This document shows positions 24,463-35,119 of a stretch of DNA of 50,989 bases, one piece after another. Position 1 is the stretch's first letter. Every line of letters starts with the position of its first letter. The notes under the pieces were generated by a model. That model was not told the origin of the DNA and ran no database searches. It was given only the letters and a program-made list of their open reading frames with translations. Source of the stretch: a virus. The translations under genes and the position numbers were made by a program. The stretch spans positions 1-50,989 of the IMG/VR virus record IMGVR_UViG_3300022744_000039; one strand, given 5' to 3'.

Positions 24463-27400
24463 TATTGCATGTTCTCAATCATTTGTTGTTCTGCTTGTTT
24501 CTTTTCCACTTGTCGTGCAACACCTTCATAAAGGGACGGATCGATCTTCTTGTGAGCTGAACGAACAGCTTCAGCACGAATGTCAGCCGGAAGAAGGGAT
24601 GTATAAGCCGCCATCTCACGGGAATATTCGTCGATCTTATCTGTGTCATTCAACATACGAATACGATAATTCTCGATCACTTTTGAAGCATCGTCGACTT
24701 GTTTCTTTCGATCCTTCAGATAATTGATCTTAGCTGAAAGGTCATATTGCTTACCGGGCTCTGCACCAAACAGCATGATTTCCCATGCAGCATTAGTCGG
24801 AAGATCGCGGTATAGTGTTTGACCTTTAGTGCTCTCGATTGTTCCTTGTTGAGACACGAGCCAAGCTTTGTGGGCCGCACTAAAGGACGAGATATTGGAG
24901 GCTAGACGAATCCAATCATCTTTTGAGACCGGTTCGCCAATGTCCCCAGCATTCTCGGCAACACTGTATTTAATCAGCTTGTCCATGATATTCCATCCGT
25001 CCCCGAAAGCACGGAAGACAGTAGAGCCTGTGGCACCAGATGCCATGTCAAGGACCGACTTCTTATCACCGTATGAGCTGAATCCCATGATCTCTTTGAC
25101 GGTATCAGCGATCCAGTTACCAGACGCATAACGCTTACCGAATGTCGTATCAGCACCAGTCACGTTATACATGAAGGTGTCAATCATGCCGCGATCAACG
25201 GAGCCCCAGAACGTATCAATAGCAGGGGCTTCCCCCCGGTGCTTAGCAATCTCAGAGGACACTAGACCAGCTAACGGCAGGCCCGCTGATCCGTACATTA
25301 CAGTTTGACCAATAGCCAATCTAAGACGTTGAGCAGGGGTGAATGTGTTACCGAGCATCGCCTCCAACATACGCGCCTGATAGGCCCAGAATTGTGTCGG
25401 AATAGACATAATCCCACGCTGCCACCAAGCTTGACTTTCACGCGACATGTTCATGCCGTACTCTTCAGCACGACCTTCCCATCGACGAATAAAGTCTGCA
25501 CTCTTAGTCGACAGATTCGGGAACATTTCCCTTGTCTCTTTCCAAGCGACGTGCATGGCCACCGAGCGGTTCCAGAGTTCACCTTCATTGAAGAAGAAGC
25601 GCATCTGTTCACGGAGAGTCTGTACAGAGTCACCCAAATTGCTGAGAGCAGCGTCTGGACCCCACTGATTGACCATACCATGAGTACCACCAATGTCCAA
25701 GAAACCGGACTGCTTAGAGGCCTTCATAAATGCCTTGAACTCAGCGGGATCACTGAAGCCAGAGATAGTGTGAATACCCCGTTTAACATATTCGTCGAGC
25801 AGGTGATCGGTCCCAGATTTAGTAAGATATTGTCTCAGCCAGATCAAATTACCCATAGCATGTGCCCCATATTTAGGGGACAAACTAAAGATCGACGCCA
25901 TAGTTGAAGCCTGAAGCGGAAGCTGGGCCGCATTAAAAAGACCAAGCTTAGCATCAAATGCTAGAGCACGGATAGCGGCCACAGGGTTATTGTTGTTAAA
26001 CCAATTACCGACGTTCCTAGCAGCCTCATTACGGAAGCTCGTAGGGTCGTCCCCGTTCACCCATTCAAGGATAGAGCGGATACGGAAATCATTGGCCATA
26101 TCCTTGTCTGTACGCCAGCCTATAGTCCGCTTGATCAGTTCACGTTGCTTACCGGCAGCGTTGATGATTCGTTGGTTTGTACCCTTCTTCCATGCACCTT
26201 CAGAAAAGACAGTTAGATCAGAGGCACCGCTTTTGTAGTCTAGATAGCCACCATAGGTCTTCACCCACCGTTCAACCGCCGAGACTTTATAGTCCGCAAA
26301 CGATGACAGGTTAGCCACGTTCATAAGAGACTTATTGATGGCCTCATACGGATCAATGACCTGCGCTTTGTCACCAAGCCAGTTCGGGAGGTCTTCACCC
26401 TTAGGGCTGTAGTACATACGACCATTCGTGCGAAGCCAACTGTCTTCAGCATCGGTACCCGAGAAGGCATCAACACCTGTATACTCGGAAGGCATTTCTC
26501 TATCGTACAGAGTCTCGAACGGATGATCTTTCTCAAAGACACCCTTTTCGATATTACTAACAAATTCATCACCTGTCATATTAATATCGTTCAAGATATT
26601 ATCAAGGGTTTCTGTGTCTACGAACCCGTCTTCGTCCAGCATACGACTATACTCAACACGAGCCGCTTCCATCCGGCCAGTCCAAGCATCTACCTCGGCC
26701 TTAGTGCCGTTGATGTAGGTATTAGGATTGTCAAGGAATGAAGCACCAGTATCAGGTTGACGACGACGCACAGTTTGCTTAGCGAAGTACTTGTCCTTAT
26801 AGAATGTGTGGCCACCCGGACGATACGCCAGTTGATCACGACGAAGAGGTTCGATATCAAGACCACCACCCTTCACCAAGAAGTTCTTGATACGTGTCCC
26901 GTCATGAAGTACAATGCCGCGCTCTGTAGTAACAAGGATGTAACCCTCAGACTTCAACTGTTCGAGCATAGTCGGACTGATGGACCCTTCTAGGTGATGT
27001 ACACCACGAGTTACGTTGTAGATGCGATCATTAGGTAGTTTGTCCAGAAGACGGTTGACTAGAGCATTCTCTCGCGAAACTTCTCCGATACCTGTGTCGA
27101 AAGAAACAGTGGAGAAACCTTTGATGTGCTTTTGCATGTACACATCGTCGTTGCGGAGACGCCACTCAAGGTCGAGTGAATCCTTCATCGCATTGTAAGC
27201 GTTATGCTCACGCTCAGACATAGGACGCCCAAAGGCACGCTCATAGAGCATGTCACGCATCTCTTGGTCAAACCACCCACCTTCTGAACGACCACGATCC
27301 CAGAGAGCCCCCAGGCGTCCCTTCTCTTTAGCATTAAGCTTGTTGATCGTATTAGTGAGCGGTTCAATAATCGCCTTAAGGTTCTTATTGAGAGCATTGG

Positions 27401-29015
27401 TAGCGCGTTGAGCTTGGTTAGCCAGGAGCTTGTCACCGAACAGACGAGCATTGACAATGTTCGCCATGATCGGATCATCAGTCTTAAGACCAAGAACCTT
27501 GCCTTGAGCCGGATTCAGCTTTTGGACATACCAACCCGTCTCCGGCATATTGACCCGAGTCTTAACAAAGAACAGACCTGATTCGTCTCGGATGACTTCA
27601 CCCTGTTGGGACAGCTTAGCGAGGTATTGCTTAGCGGACTTCTCAGTGGCAAAAGCTTTACCGTCGCCACGACCGAGGACAATCTCTAGGTCACGGACCT
27701 TTGAACCGTTAGCGAGTTGGACTTCATTGACCTTGACGTCAACTAGAGGTCGTCCGAAGTTGTCGGAGATTTGTCCCTTAACCTTTTCAATCGCCGCATT
27801 AAGTTCTTCTTCGGACGCAAAACGGTCGGTCGGAAGTTGCTCAGGGAGACGCTTGAGAAGTTCTTGGGTACGATCCATCGCCGAGACAATCTCACTACCC
27901 AGCGGGATGGAAGTTGTCGGTGTCGGATTTACAGCAGACGGAAGAGACGCATCGATAGCCTCTTCAGCCGTGATGCCAGTCTTCTCTGCAACAGCTTCTG
28001 CGCCTTCTTTGGCCGCGACATCAAAGGCTCGTGTAAGGGCCTCAGCGGCTTGCTTACGAGCCCCGTTACGGACCATCATACCGGGAAGAGACGTGAACCC
28101 TTTGCCGAGACGTGTGAACGGAAGACCGCCAAAGTTGTCCAGAGCGTTCCAAGTATTTGTCTCAAGGACCGAAGGAGTATCTTTAAGGCCAGTGAGGATA
28201 TTCAGTTCCTCTGTGCGGTCGTGATAACCGAAGAGAGTTGAGTTTTCGTTTACAGCCGGGATGACATGATCACGGATATATCGCGCAAAGTCTTCCGCAT
28301 CCATGTTCCAGAGAGACGATGCTTCTGCGCGCCTACGGCCACCGGCGAAGATATTGTCGTACCAATTCCTCATTGTCTTCGGGATGTCGACGTTACCAAC
28401 TTCACCAGCCGAATAGTTAAACGGGATCATACCGGCAACAAAGTCAGTGACATCACGGAACCAAGGTTGAGCTTCCTTGGCAATACCGGCTCGTTCAATC
28501 TCGCGCTGAAGGATCATCGACTTCACATTGATGTCGGTAATACGATCATCAGCGGTACCAAGTTCCATAGTATTCAGCATCATCTTGGCCTGCACCGGAT
28601 CGGTCAAAGCCATGTCTTGAATACGTTGAACGGTTTGCTTCTCTAGGGCAGCCTCTTTACGGCGCTCAATATCATCATTGATAACTGCCGCAGCCGCAGC
28701 CCGAGCACTGTCAACAAGACTAGGGTCACCAGAAGGCCCAGCAATCTTAGCAAGGTCGTTGAGCCTGAGTCGATTTTGATTGGTAGCAGCTCGCGTACGA
28801 ATGACGTCTTCACCTGTAGTCTCAATCATTTGACTATAGGTTTGGGTCAGTTCTTCGATCTTACGCCCTGAAGCTGCCTCCATGACATCTACATCACCAA
28901 GCGCAGCCATACGGGCCGTACGATTGATATCAGCACGAGCCGTAGGCGCAGGAGCTTCCTCTAGTCCTTGAAACAGATCAGGCTGTTGATCTAGACCTTG
29001 AAAGAGGTCAGCCAT
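24462..29015 (-). CDS. Large internal virion / DNA-ejection protein (1517 aa, T7 gp16-position analogue)
   Basis: It is the largest ORF and sits between the gp14-like and hydrolase-bearing proteins. The N-terminus has a tandem DLFQGL repeat. No enzymatic motif recognised. Confidence 0.6.
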   Translation of the reverse strand: MADLFQGLDQQPDLFQGLEEAPAPTARADINRTARMAALGDVDVMEAASGRKIEELTQTYSQMIETTGEDVIRTRAATNQNRLRLNDLAKIAGPSGDPSLVDSARAAAAAVINDDIERRKEAALEKQTVQRIQDMALTDPVQAKMMLNTMELGTADDRITDINVKSMILQREIERAGIAKEAQPWFRDVTDFVAGMIPFNYSAGEVGNVDIPKTMRNWYDNIFAGGRRRAEASSLWNMDAEDFARYIRDHVIPAVNENSTLFGYHDRTEELNILTGLKDTPSVLETNTWNALDNFGGLPFTRLGKGFTSLPGMMVRNGARKQAAEALTRAFDVAAKEGAEAVAEKTGITAEEAIDASLPSAVNPTPTTSIPLGSEIVSAMDRTQELLKRLPEQLPTDRFASEEELNAAIEKVKGQISDNFGRPLVDVKVNEVQLANGSKVRDLEIVLGRGDGKAFATEKSAKQYLAKLSQQGEVIRDESGLFFVKTRVNMPETGWYVQKLNPAQGKVLGLKTDDPIMANIVNARLFGDKLLANQAQRATNALNKNLKAIIEPLTNTINKLNAKEKGRLGALWDRGRSEGGWFDQEMRDMLYERAFGRPMSEREHNAYNAMKDSLDLEWRLRNDDVYMQKHIKGFSTVSFDTGIGEVSRENALVNRLLDKLPNDRIYNVTRGVHHLEGSISPTMLEQLKSEGYILVTTERGIVLHDGTRIKNFLVKGGGLDIEPLRRDQLAYRPGGHTFYKDKYFAKQTVRRRQPDTGASFLDNPNTYINGTKAEVDAWTGRMEAARVEYSRMLDEDGFVDTETLDNILNDINMTGDEFVSNIEKGVFEKDHPFETLYDREMPSEYTGVDAFSGTDAEDSWLRTNGRMYYSPKGEDLPNWLGDKAQVIDPYEAINKSLMNVANLSSFADYKVSAVERWVKTYGGYLDYKSGASDLTVFSEGAWKKGTNQRIINAAGKQRELIKRTIGWRTDKDMANDFRIRSILEWVNGDDPTSFRNEAARNVGNWFNNNNPVAAIRALAFDAKLGLFNAAQLPLQASTMASIFSLSPKYGAHAMGNLIWLRQYLTKSGTDHLLDEYVKRGIHTISGFSDPAEFKAFMKASKQSGFLDIGGTHGMVNQWGPDAALSNLGDSVQTLREQMRFFFNEGELWNRSVAMHVAWKETREMFPNLSTKSADFIRRWEGRAEEYGMNMSRESQAWWQRGIMSIPTQFWAYQARMLEAMLGNTFTPAQRLRLAIGQTVMYGSAGLPLAGLVSSEIAKHRGEAPAIDTFWGSVDRGMIDTFMYNVTGADTTFGKRYASGNWIADTVKEIMGFSSYGDKKSVLDMASGATGSTVFRAFGDGWNIMDKLIKYSVAENAGDIGEPVSKDDWIRLASNISSFSAAHKAWLVSQQGTIESTKGQTLYRDLPTNAAWEIMLFGAEPGKQYDLSAKINYLKDRKKQVDDASKVIENYRIRMLNDTDKIDEYSREMAAYTSLLPADIRAEAVRSAHKKIDPSLYEGVARQVEKKQAEQQMIENMQ

Positions 29016-29473
29016 TACCCAAATACCTTTTGAACTTGTTTAGCAAGTGTATCACTATTATTGAATGCACTGAGGGCAATCTTGGAGACACTGCCAAACG
29101 TATTTGCACGGTTCTCATACTTCTGAGCACGACCCATAGCGGTTGTAGCTTGATCACCAAATCGGTTGAATTGATCCAAGAATGACAGCTCCCCACGAAG
29201 TTGAGATTGAATAGACCCGAGACCTCCGATAGATGAGGAGCTATCCATAACACCCTGAGTCGCTGAACTATTAGTAGCTAGGGCCCTTGCAATACGGGCT
29301 TGACGAACAGCATCACGCTTTTGTCGTGCTTCAGCAAGGTTGTTCTGTTGCTTTGTGTACTCAGAAGCCGCGTTAGCTTGTTTAATAGACTTACGTTGGT
29401 TCTTATACGAGGCGTAGCCTGAACCAGCGGAGACAGCGAGAGAACCCACAGCGATAATTGTTTCAATACCCAT
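29015..29473 (-). CDS. Small internal virion protein (152 aa) with an N-terminal hydrophobic segment
   Basis: MGIETIIAVGSLAVSAGSG is followed by a Q/A/R-rich helix. The position is analogous to T7 gp13/14. Confidence 0.45.
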   Translation of the reverse strand: MGIETIIAVGSLAVSAGSGYASYKNQRKSIKQANAASEYTKQQNNLAEARQKRDAVRQARIARALATNSSATQGVMDSSSSIGGLGSIQSQLRGELSFLDQFNRFGDQATTAMGRAQKYENRANTFGSVSKIALSAFNNSDTLAKQVQKVFG

Positions 29474-29903
29474 TACGTACCATTACTTCAATCTTATCGT
29501 TAATTGTAACTTCAGCAGCTTTGAAACCTAGGAATTCACACCACCGGAACTTTTCGAATGTGTCAACAAGAGCGAAGTATTCATAAATACCCTTTTCTTT
29601 GAATTGACTTTCCAATTCATCACGAACTTTTCGCCAATGCTTGTATGTTGACAACGTAAACGGACCAGCCAGATAAGTATCGACAAAAATCATGTCATCG
29701 AAAATCCAGAGATACATAGAGCCGGTCGGGTCAGTTGCAATAAGCTTCCGACCCATCATGGCCTGTTCTAGCTTATACTTCTGTGTTTCCGGTGTAGCTG
29801 ACAGCCCACCCCAAGAGGTCATAATCTTTTCCGATGGCGTCAGATTCAAATCTGAACTGAATTGCTCTACCACTACCACGTACCTTGTGTTTTGTCGCGA
29901 CAA
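29463..29903 (-). CDS. Hypothetical protein; start uncertain
   Basis: The track ORF starts at TTG 29903 and would overlap the upstream gene by 131 nt. Alternative starts are GTG 29873 and ATG 29759 or 29756 (after the upstream stop at 29773). Confidence 0.45.
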   Translation of the reverse strand: MSRQNTRYVVVVEQFSSDLNLTPSEKIMTSWGGLSATPETQKYKLEQAMMGRKLIATDPTGSMYLWIFDDMIFVDTYLAGPFTLSTYKHWRKVRDELESQFKEKGIYEYFALVDTFEKFRWCEFLGFKAAEVTINDKIEVMVRNGY

Positions 29904-31986
29904 CAGGGTACCCTGTATCGAACGTGAGATTTGATTCGTTAACTACCGGCATACGCGTATGTCGATATGCTTCACGCTTAGTTGAATACTTGCCAGACAC
30001 ACTAGACGAAGACCAATTCCATTTTACTTGGAAGAGACAAGAGCTTTGACGATCAGACGTATAATCTCCGTCGCCATTGTCTATGAAGTTTTCTTCTGTG
30101 CGTTTAAAGTAGGTGATAATCCAGGGGGTCTGCTTATTACGCATAGCATCTTCAAGGATTTCGTAACCCGTCTCTACAAACGACGAATAACTCAGGCCGG
30201 TGCCGAAGAGAGGGTCGCCTCTTGTCTGCCAATCTTGAAACTCAGCGTTGTTAAACTGAGCGAAACTGAGGCGCATCCAGGGGCTATCAGAGACTCCACA
30301 GATGTATTTGATAAACGTCTTTCGAACAGTAATATCAAACGGACCATCATACCCTGAAGTCTTAGGTGTTGTGGTGATACCGATCACAACCGGATAACCT
30401 TCGGCCAGACTAATAGTCCAAGGATAAAAGGCCTGAAGAGTTAAGTCGAGATTCAGAATACGATTTGACTCGTAGACCGAAGCCCCTGCTTCATCTGCAT
30501 AGAGCCATTGGATGACGTTAGTCAGAGGGTCGTATACACCCTTAGCGTACTTCTTCCCATTCTCGGGAATGTCATTGTAGAAGCTCTGAATCGTCTGCTC
30601 GGTAATATTCTGTTTGTCGAACACTCCTTCCACAGTACCAAAGACCCCTTGCTTCTGAGACATAGCCTGAATACCAATCTCAGACCACCAGAAAAGTTGG
30701 TCGACTACCTTGACGATAGAGTTCGGGCTGACAGTTCCAATACTAGAGATATTAGAAAGACTAATGTCAGTAGCGGTAAAACCAGCGGATGTACCGCTGA
30801 CAAACCAAACACCGTTGGTGCCAAAGACAACCATGCCAGAGCCAACAGGAACAAGTTTAACCGCCTTGGCCATGTCAGGGATCGGGATAACCCCACCGTC
30901 TGTTGCGATGAGGTCACTAATCGACTCCGCCGTAGGATCGGCTTCTTGATAACAGAAACCAGCTTTTCGTTTATCATCTAGGACCTGGGAAAAATAGACA
31001 GTGCTATTAACAGCATACCAGACCCGACTGTTAGCGAAAGCAACCGTGACGGGCCGTTCAAGAGTAGACTCAACAGGTAGACCAACAATCCCAGATACAG
31101 CAGACCTATCGATATTGAAGGCATCGACAACGTAGTGCCCTCTAGGGGCAAGACTGGTTCCGAAATATTGCTTTGTAAGGAGGGCTGGGTCAAAGTCACC
31201 GGTTGTTGTATCCTTCGCTACCCACCATTGCTTATTGTTTCCGGGGTATCGACTTGTCGAACTGAAGTAAGATGAGATCGGCGTACTAGCGGCCTGTGTT
31301 GTCGTATCGGTCGTCCCGAACGGCGTGAAGTAGGCTACGCTGTTACCTGAGCCATCATTAGCCGGATCAAACCATCCTTGATTAAGAAGGTTGTATTGGT
31401 GAGCATCTGAGAGAGTCGCAGGCTCTTCATCGTTAGCCAATCCATCAGCCAGACCTTTGAAGTCTCGAATTTGAATGTAGATTCGTTGAGCAGTTACTGT
31501 CCCACCAGAATAGGTGACCATAATCGGTTCAAACTTTTCACCGACGACAAACATTACACCCTTACCAGAAGCCATCTGCACAGGGCACGAGGCATGATCC
31601 GAGGCAGCAGCAACTTTAAAAGATGTTAGGTCGATCTTAAACCCTTGCTCACCATCCAAGATCGTATCATTACTGAGATCATAGAAGTGAAGAGTCAGAC
31701 CGGTCTGGACAACAAGAAAACTCAGATTAGCATCATTGGCTACTGAGTCCCAGCGAAATTCGGAGATAGCTTGAGTGGAGTATGTCGACAGATCGGTGTA
31801 GCCCGTGTTACTGGCCGCATATTGTTCTGTGTCAATACCGAGACGACGACTGCGGTTACCCTTACGGTAAATCACGCAATTGTCTTCGTCGATTGAAGCA
31901 TCCTCCGGGTATGTAAGAGGACCGGCTTCGGTGATCAGACCCTTAACAAAGGTCCGATATAGCTTTACTGTTTTTGCTTTGGCCAA
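29773..31986 (-). CDS. Tail tubular protein B / nozzle-like protein (737 aa)
   Basis: The call rests on size and gene order only (after a gp11-sized protein, before the internal virion proteins), as in T7-like podoviruses. Confidence 0.45.
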   Translation of the reverse strand: MAKAKTVKLYRTFVKGLITEAGPLTYPEDASIDEDNCVIYRKGNRSRRLGIDTEQYAASNTGYTDLSTYSTQAISEFRWDSVANDANLSFLVVQTGLTLHFYDLSNDTILDGEQGFKIDLTSFKVAAASDHASCPVQMASGKGVMFVVGEKFEPIMVTYSGGTVTAQRIYIQIRDFKGLADGLANDEEPATLSDAHQYNLLNQGWFDPANDGSGNSVAYFTPFGTTDTTTQAASTPISSYFSSTSRYPGNNKQWWVAKDTTTGDFDPALLTKQYFGTSLAPRGHYVVDAFNIDRSAVSGIVGLPVESTLERPVTVAFANSRVWYAVNSTVYFSQVLDDKRKAGFCYQEADPTAESISDLIATDGGVIPIPDMAKAVKLVPVGSGMVVFGTNGVWFVSGTSAGFTATDISLSNISSIGTVSPNSIVKVVDQLFWWSEIGIQAMSQKQGVFGTVEGVFDKQNITEQTIQSFYNDIPENGKKYAKGVYDPLTNVIQWLYADEAGASVYESNRILNLDLTLQAFYPWTISLAEGYPVVIGITTTPKTSGYDGPFDITVRKTFIKYICGVSDSPWMRLSFAQFNNAEFQDWQTRGDPLFGTGLSYSSFVETGYEILEDAMRNKQTPWIITYFKRTEENFIDNGDGDYTSDRQSSCLFQVKWNWSSSSVSGKYSTKREAYRHTRMPVVNESNLTFDTGYPVVATKHKVRGSGRAIQFRFESDAIGKDYDLLGWAVSYTGNTEV

Positions 31987-32246
31987 ATGGCCCTCCCACC
32001 AAATTTATCGGTTGCCTCTAGACGGGCAATGAGACGTCGTTCACAGTCGGCAAAAGAGATGAATCGACCTTGTAAAGATTCGTGAAGTCTGCCACCCTTA
32101 TAGAGTCGTATGTAGTAGTAACCAAGATCATCCCTATCGATGATGAATTCTTGTAGTTTGGCTGACACATACTTAGCGTCTGGTCGAACCTTTCGCTTTG
32201 CATTAGGGTGAACCTTAGCTAGTCTTTCAGCGACGCGGTTTTCCAT
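31965..32246 (-). CDS. Hypothetical protein (93 aa)
   Basis: ORF overlapping both neighbours by about 20 nt. Confidence 0.45.
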   Translation of the reverse strand: MENRVAERLAKVHPNAKRKVRPDAKYVSAKLQEFIIDRDDLGYYYIRLYKGGRLHESLQGRFISFADCERRLIARLEATDKFGGRAIWPKQKQ

Positions 32247-32949
32247 AGTTGGGTGTCCGGTTATACGGAGGCCTGCTCTTGTCTCGATACTGATCGTTCT
32301 GCCAACGGACTAGCCCTCTTCGTGCAGCGGACTCTTCAGATTGGTTGGACACCTGTTTAAAGTGAACAAAGCATCGAGCCTTGGCACTGGCCAGTAGAGT
32401 TGGGAACAGATGGGGAGGAAGATCAGGTACAGCATCATCATTTAGGTCAAGCCTCGGGATCGTCTGAACCCATGCCATAGACTTAGAAGATAGAAGAGTA
32501 GAGCCGTCGTCTAGGTCAAGTGAGTCAGTGACGATGTATTCGTCATCAAAGGTTGTCCAGTAGGTCGGAGCTGTGTCAGTGGCAATCTTAAGAGTTACAC
32601 CACCAAAGTCTACGACATCGACACCTTCATCACGATCAATAACATGCTTCACAAATTCTTGAGGAGTCTTGTAGGTGATATCCTTGCCGTCGTACTTTAC
32701 CCAATGAATCTTTTTCAGATCATCAGGCATTCGAAGGTAGTTCGGTCGATCAACATCACTAAGACTTTCAAGAGTCACTAGGGCGTCACTTCCAGGGATA
32801 TCAAGTTGCACGATCATTTCATCGTACACGTTTTGAATTACTTGAGCGACTCCTTGAGCCGAGACAGTATCACCAATCGAGTTGACTTCATCGTCTTCAG
32901 TGGCACTCAGGATGTCTTGAGTAAGTTCAAGTAGGGTTTTCTTCGTCAT
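32227..32949 (-). CDS. Tail tubular protein A / head-tail adaptor-like protein (240 aa)
   Basis: Gene order and size support the call. The N-terminus TLLELTQDILSATEDDEVNSIGDTVSAQGVAQVIQNVYDEMI resembles podovirus adaptor proteins as I recall them. Confidence 0.4.
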   Translation of the reverse strand: MTKKTLLELTQDILSATEDDEVNSIGDTVSAQGVAQVIQNVYDEMIVQLDIPGSDALVTLESLSDVDRPNYLRMPDDLKKIHWVKYDGKDITYKTPQEFVKHVIDRDEGVDVVDFGGVTLKIATDTAPTYWTTFDDEYIVTDSLDLDDGSTLLSSKSMAWVQTIPRLDLNDDAVPDLPPHLFPTLLASAKARCFVHFKQVSNQSEESAARRGLVRWQNDQYRDKSRPPYNRTPNYGKPRR

Positions 32950-33290
32950 GCGAAACTACCGTCGTAAATAACAATTTCAACTTCAACCTCAGCGGTCGTA
33001 CCAGCAGCATCAGTAACTACGCACTTATACACCGCTTCTTTAGAACCACCAAGACCAGGGTTAGCGCTAAATGTCGTAGCAGCAGAAGTCGAAGCACCAA
33101 TAGTCAGAGTATCACCAGACACTTTAGACCACAGATAAGTGAAGCCGCCAATGCCGCCACTAGCTATTACAGTCGCTGTATTTGTAACCACAGTTCCTGA
33201 ACCGGTCCCAATACCAAAGACATTAGGTGGAGACACCGAAGCTTGGACAGGAACGTGGCCGACTGACATAGAGGCGACTACACCAGTCAT
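32946..33290 (-). CDS. Ig-like / PKD-like domain protein (114 aa)
   Basis: FTYLWSKVSGDTLTI...TTFSANPG...AVYKCVVTDAAGTTAEVEVEIVI fits the PKD/Ig-like pattern. Confidence 0.4.
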   Translation of the reverse strand: MTGVVASMSVGHVPVQASVSPPNVFGIGTGSGTVVTNTATVIASGGIGGFTYLWSKVSGDTLTIGASTSAATTFSANPGLGGSKEAVYKCVVTDAAGTTAEVEVEIVIYDGSFA

Positions 33291-34237
33291 TAGGAAATAC
33301 CTGTACCGTTAGCGACCCAGACGTCTGTGGCCTCTTGGACCAGAGTAGCCATACCCCACTGAGCAAGAGTCTTATTACCTGTCGTAGACGCCCCGGCAAT
33401 TCGGAGTGTCACCCCAGAGCCCTGAGCAAGTGTGACAGCCCCAGAACCGATATTACGAACCACTACAGCGGTACCGATTGGGTAAGCTACAGAACTGTTC
33501 GGAGGAATAGTCCAAGTGTGTGCCGAACCAGATGTATGACGGACCATCTTACCTGAGTCACCGATGACTAGGGTGTATGTGTTGTCCTGTGTTGTTAGCG
33601 GAATACCACGGAAACCCGCAGAGTATTGGCTAAGGGTGGCCGGAGCAGACGACAAGATAAGGTCGCCTGTAAGGGTATCACCAGCCACATTGGCAGGAGT
33701 GTACCCAAGATTCGAGAGAGCCACACCGCTGGCCAGTTTAGCGGCAGAAATACCTCCATCGACAAACGCAGCAGTCAATGTGAAATTGGCGGAACCGTCA
33801 AACGATTGACTTCCGCTAAGAACCCCACCAAGGGTAATTGTTCTGGCACTGGTCCAGTGGTCAGCAGTAACCGCTGCACCAATATAGTTGGCCGCTGCCT
33901 CAGCAGAAATAGCTGCCTCTACAGCAGCCGCTTGGGCCGCTTCAGCAGCATCAGGGGCCGCGAGAATTGCATCAATAAGGTCTTGATCAAGGCTTCCTGT
34001 CGCCGCATCGAGATCACTCTTACGGACGGCATCAGTAGCCGCAACAGGTTCACCCAGATTAATGAGCCGATAACCTCCGAGATCGAGAGTTGTCTGCATA
34101 GCATTCGGTGTAGACCCGTCGAGTGACAGAGTATTCTCTAGAGCATCTTCAATCTTTTGATTGTTAGAGTTAATGCTCTGAATAGCGCTTGTCTCATTTT
34201 GCAGACTAGTTAGGTCCGCAAGAGCTTCGATCTTCAT
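33290..34237 (-). CDS. Tail fibre protein (315 aa) with the shared N-terminal module
   Basis: The N-terminal ~75 aa align with the N-termini of 41324..43408 and 44030..45208 (ALENTLSxDGSTPNxM...LDLGGxRxINL...DAVRK). Confidence 0.6.
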   Translation of the reverse strand: MKIEALADLTSLQNETSAIQSINSNNQKIEDALENTLSLDGSTPNAMQTTLDLGGYRLINLGEPVAATDAVRKSDLDAATGSLDQDLIDAILAAPDAAEAAQAAAVEAAISAEAAANYIGAAVTADHWTSARTITLGGVLSGSQSFDGSANFTLTAAFVDGGISAAKLASGVALSNLGYTPANVAGDTLTGDLILSSAPATLSQYSAGFRGIPLTTQDNTYTLVIGDSGKMVRHTSGSAHTWTIPPNSSVAYPIGTAVVVRNIGSGAVTLAQGSGVTLRIAGASTTGNKTLAQWGMATLVQEATDVWVANGTGIS

Positions 34238-34458
34238 TCAGCGTACTTTCGATCAATCTTGGTTTCGATACGAATAAGAGCGTCTAGAAGTTCCTTCTTA
34301 ATCTCTTTTACGTCATCGCGTCTTGCGTATGTCTCAGGCATCGCCGCCTGATACTTTTGAATGTCGCGGATATCATCAATGATCATTTTCATGACCCAAG
34401 CCCCGAAGGCTCCGGCGATACCGGCAACGAAATTAAATGCAGCTTGCCAATCCACCAC
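34234..34458 (-). CDS. Small membrane protein (74 aa)
   Basis: GTG start with GGGAGA upstream. It has an N-terminal TM segment FNFVAGIAGAFGAWVMKMII and then a charged helix. Confidence 0.45.
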   Translation of the reverse strand: MVDWQAAFNFVAGIAGAFGAWVMKMIIDDIRDIQKYQAAMPETYARRDDVKEIKKELLDALIRIETKIDRKYAE

Positions 34459-34476
34459 ACTTCAATCTCCCTATTA

Positions 34477-34516
34477 GAAAAAGAGGGACACCAGACATAT
34501 TTCCAGTGCCCCTCTA
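34477..34516 (-). terminator. Intrinsic terminator after the capsid block (minus sense)
   Basis: The minus-sense RNA is AGAGGGGCACUGG-aaauaugu-CUGGUGUCCCUCU followed by UUUUUC. The stem is 13 bp including G-U pairs. Confidence 0.75.
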
Positions 34517-34540
34517 TAGTCCCCCACGGATAGGGAAATG

Positions 34541-35104
34541 TTAGGCGGACGTCACGTTCGGGAACGGAGGAATGAACCGGACAAGAATCCAGCCCGTACC
34601 AGCAGTCCACGTACCCGAGCCGGTAATAGCCGGGAACGCCGCAGCCGAACCGACCGAAGCCGTTTCAGCAGTTGTCGCTACACCCACACCAGCACCGTAA
34701 GTACGGGCACCACGGGTGTCGAGATTCGCCTTCACACCTTCGGTAGCGGTGACCATAAAGTCATCGTCGATAGCTGTACCAGCCTTCAGGAAGGTACCAA
34801 CCTTAATCGACGTACCGCCAGCCGCAGCCGTATCGGCCACAACCACAGTATCCAGAATCGAAGTGTAGGCGGGGAAGTTGAAGTCACCTTCAGTGAAGCC
34901 GTCTCGCGTGCCGTCGTTATCCAGATCGGCAGTGTACGTGACCGTACCTGTCGGAATCTGAGTAAGATCGTAGTAGCACAGGGCGTGCCAAATGGCACCC
35001 GATGTGTCTACCAGACGGAAGCGATTAACATAGTTCTTCGCGTCCTTGACGTACGAGGCGAACTTAACACCAAGGCCATCAGCATTTTGCCACTTAGCAG
35101 CCAT
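34541..35104 (-). CDS. Hypothetical structural protein after the major capsid gene (possible decoration/minor capsid protein)
   Basis: AGGAG RBS. It lies between the capsid gene and the terminator and contains a DxDxDG-type loop (DLDNDGTRDG). Confidence 0.45.
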   Translation of the reverse strand: MAAKWQNADGLGVKFASYVKDAKNYVNRFRLVDTSGAIWHALCYYDLTQIPTGTVTYTADLDNDGTRDGFTEGDFNFPAYTSILDTVVVADTAAAGGTSIKVGTFLKAGTAIDDDFMVTATEGVKANLDTRGARTYGAGVGVATTAETASVGSAAAFPAITGSGTWTAGTGWILVRFIPPFPNVTSA

Positions 35105-35119
35105 AATAAGTTCTCCTAA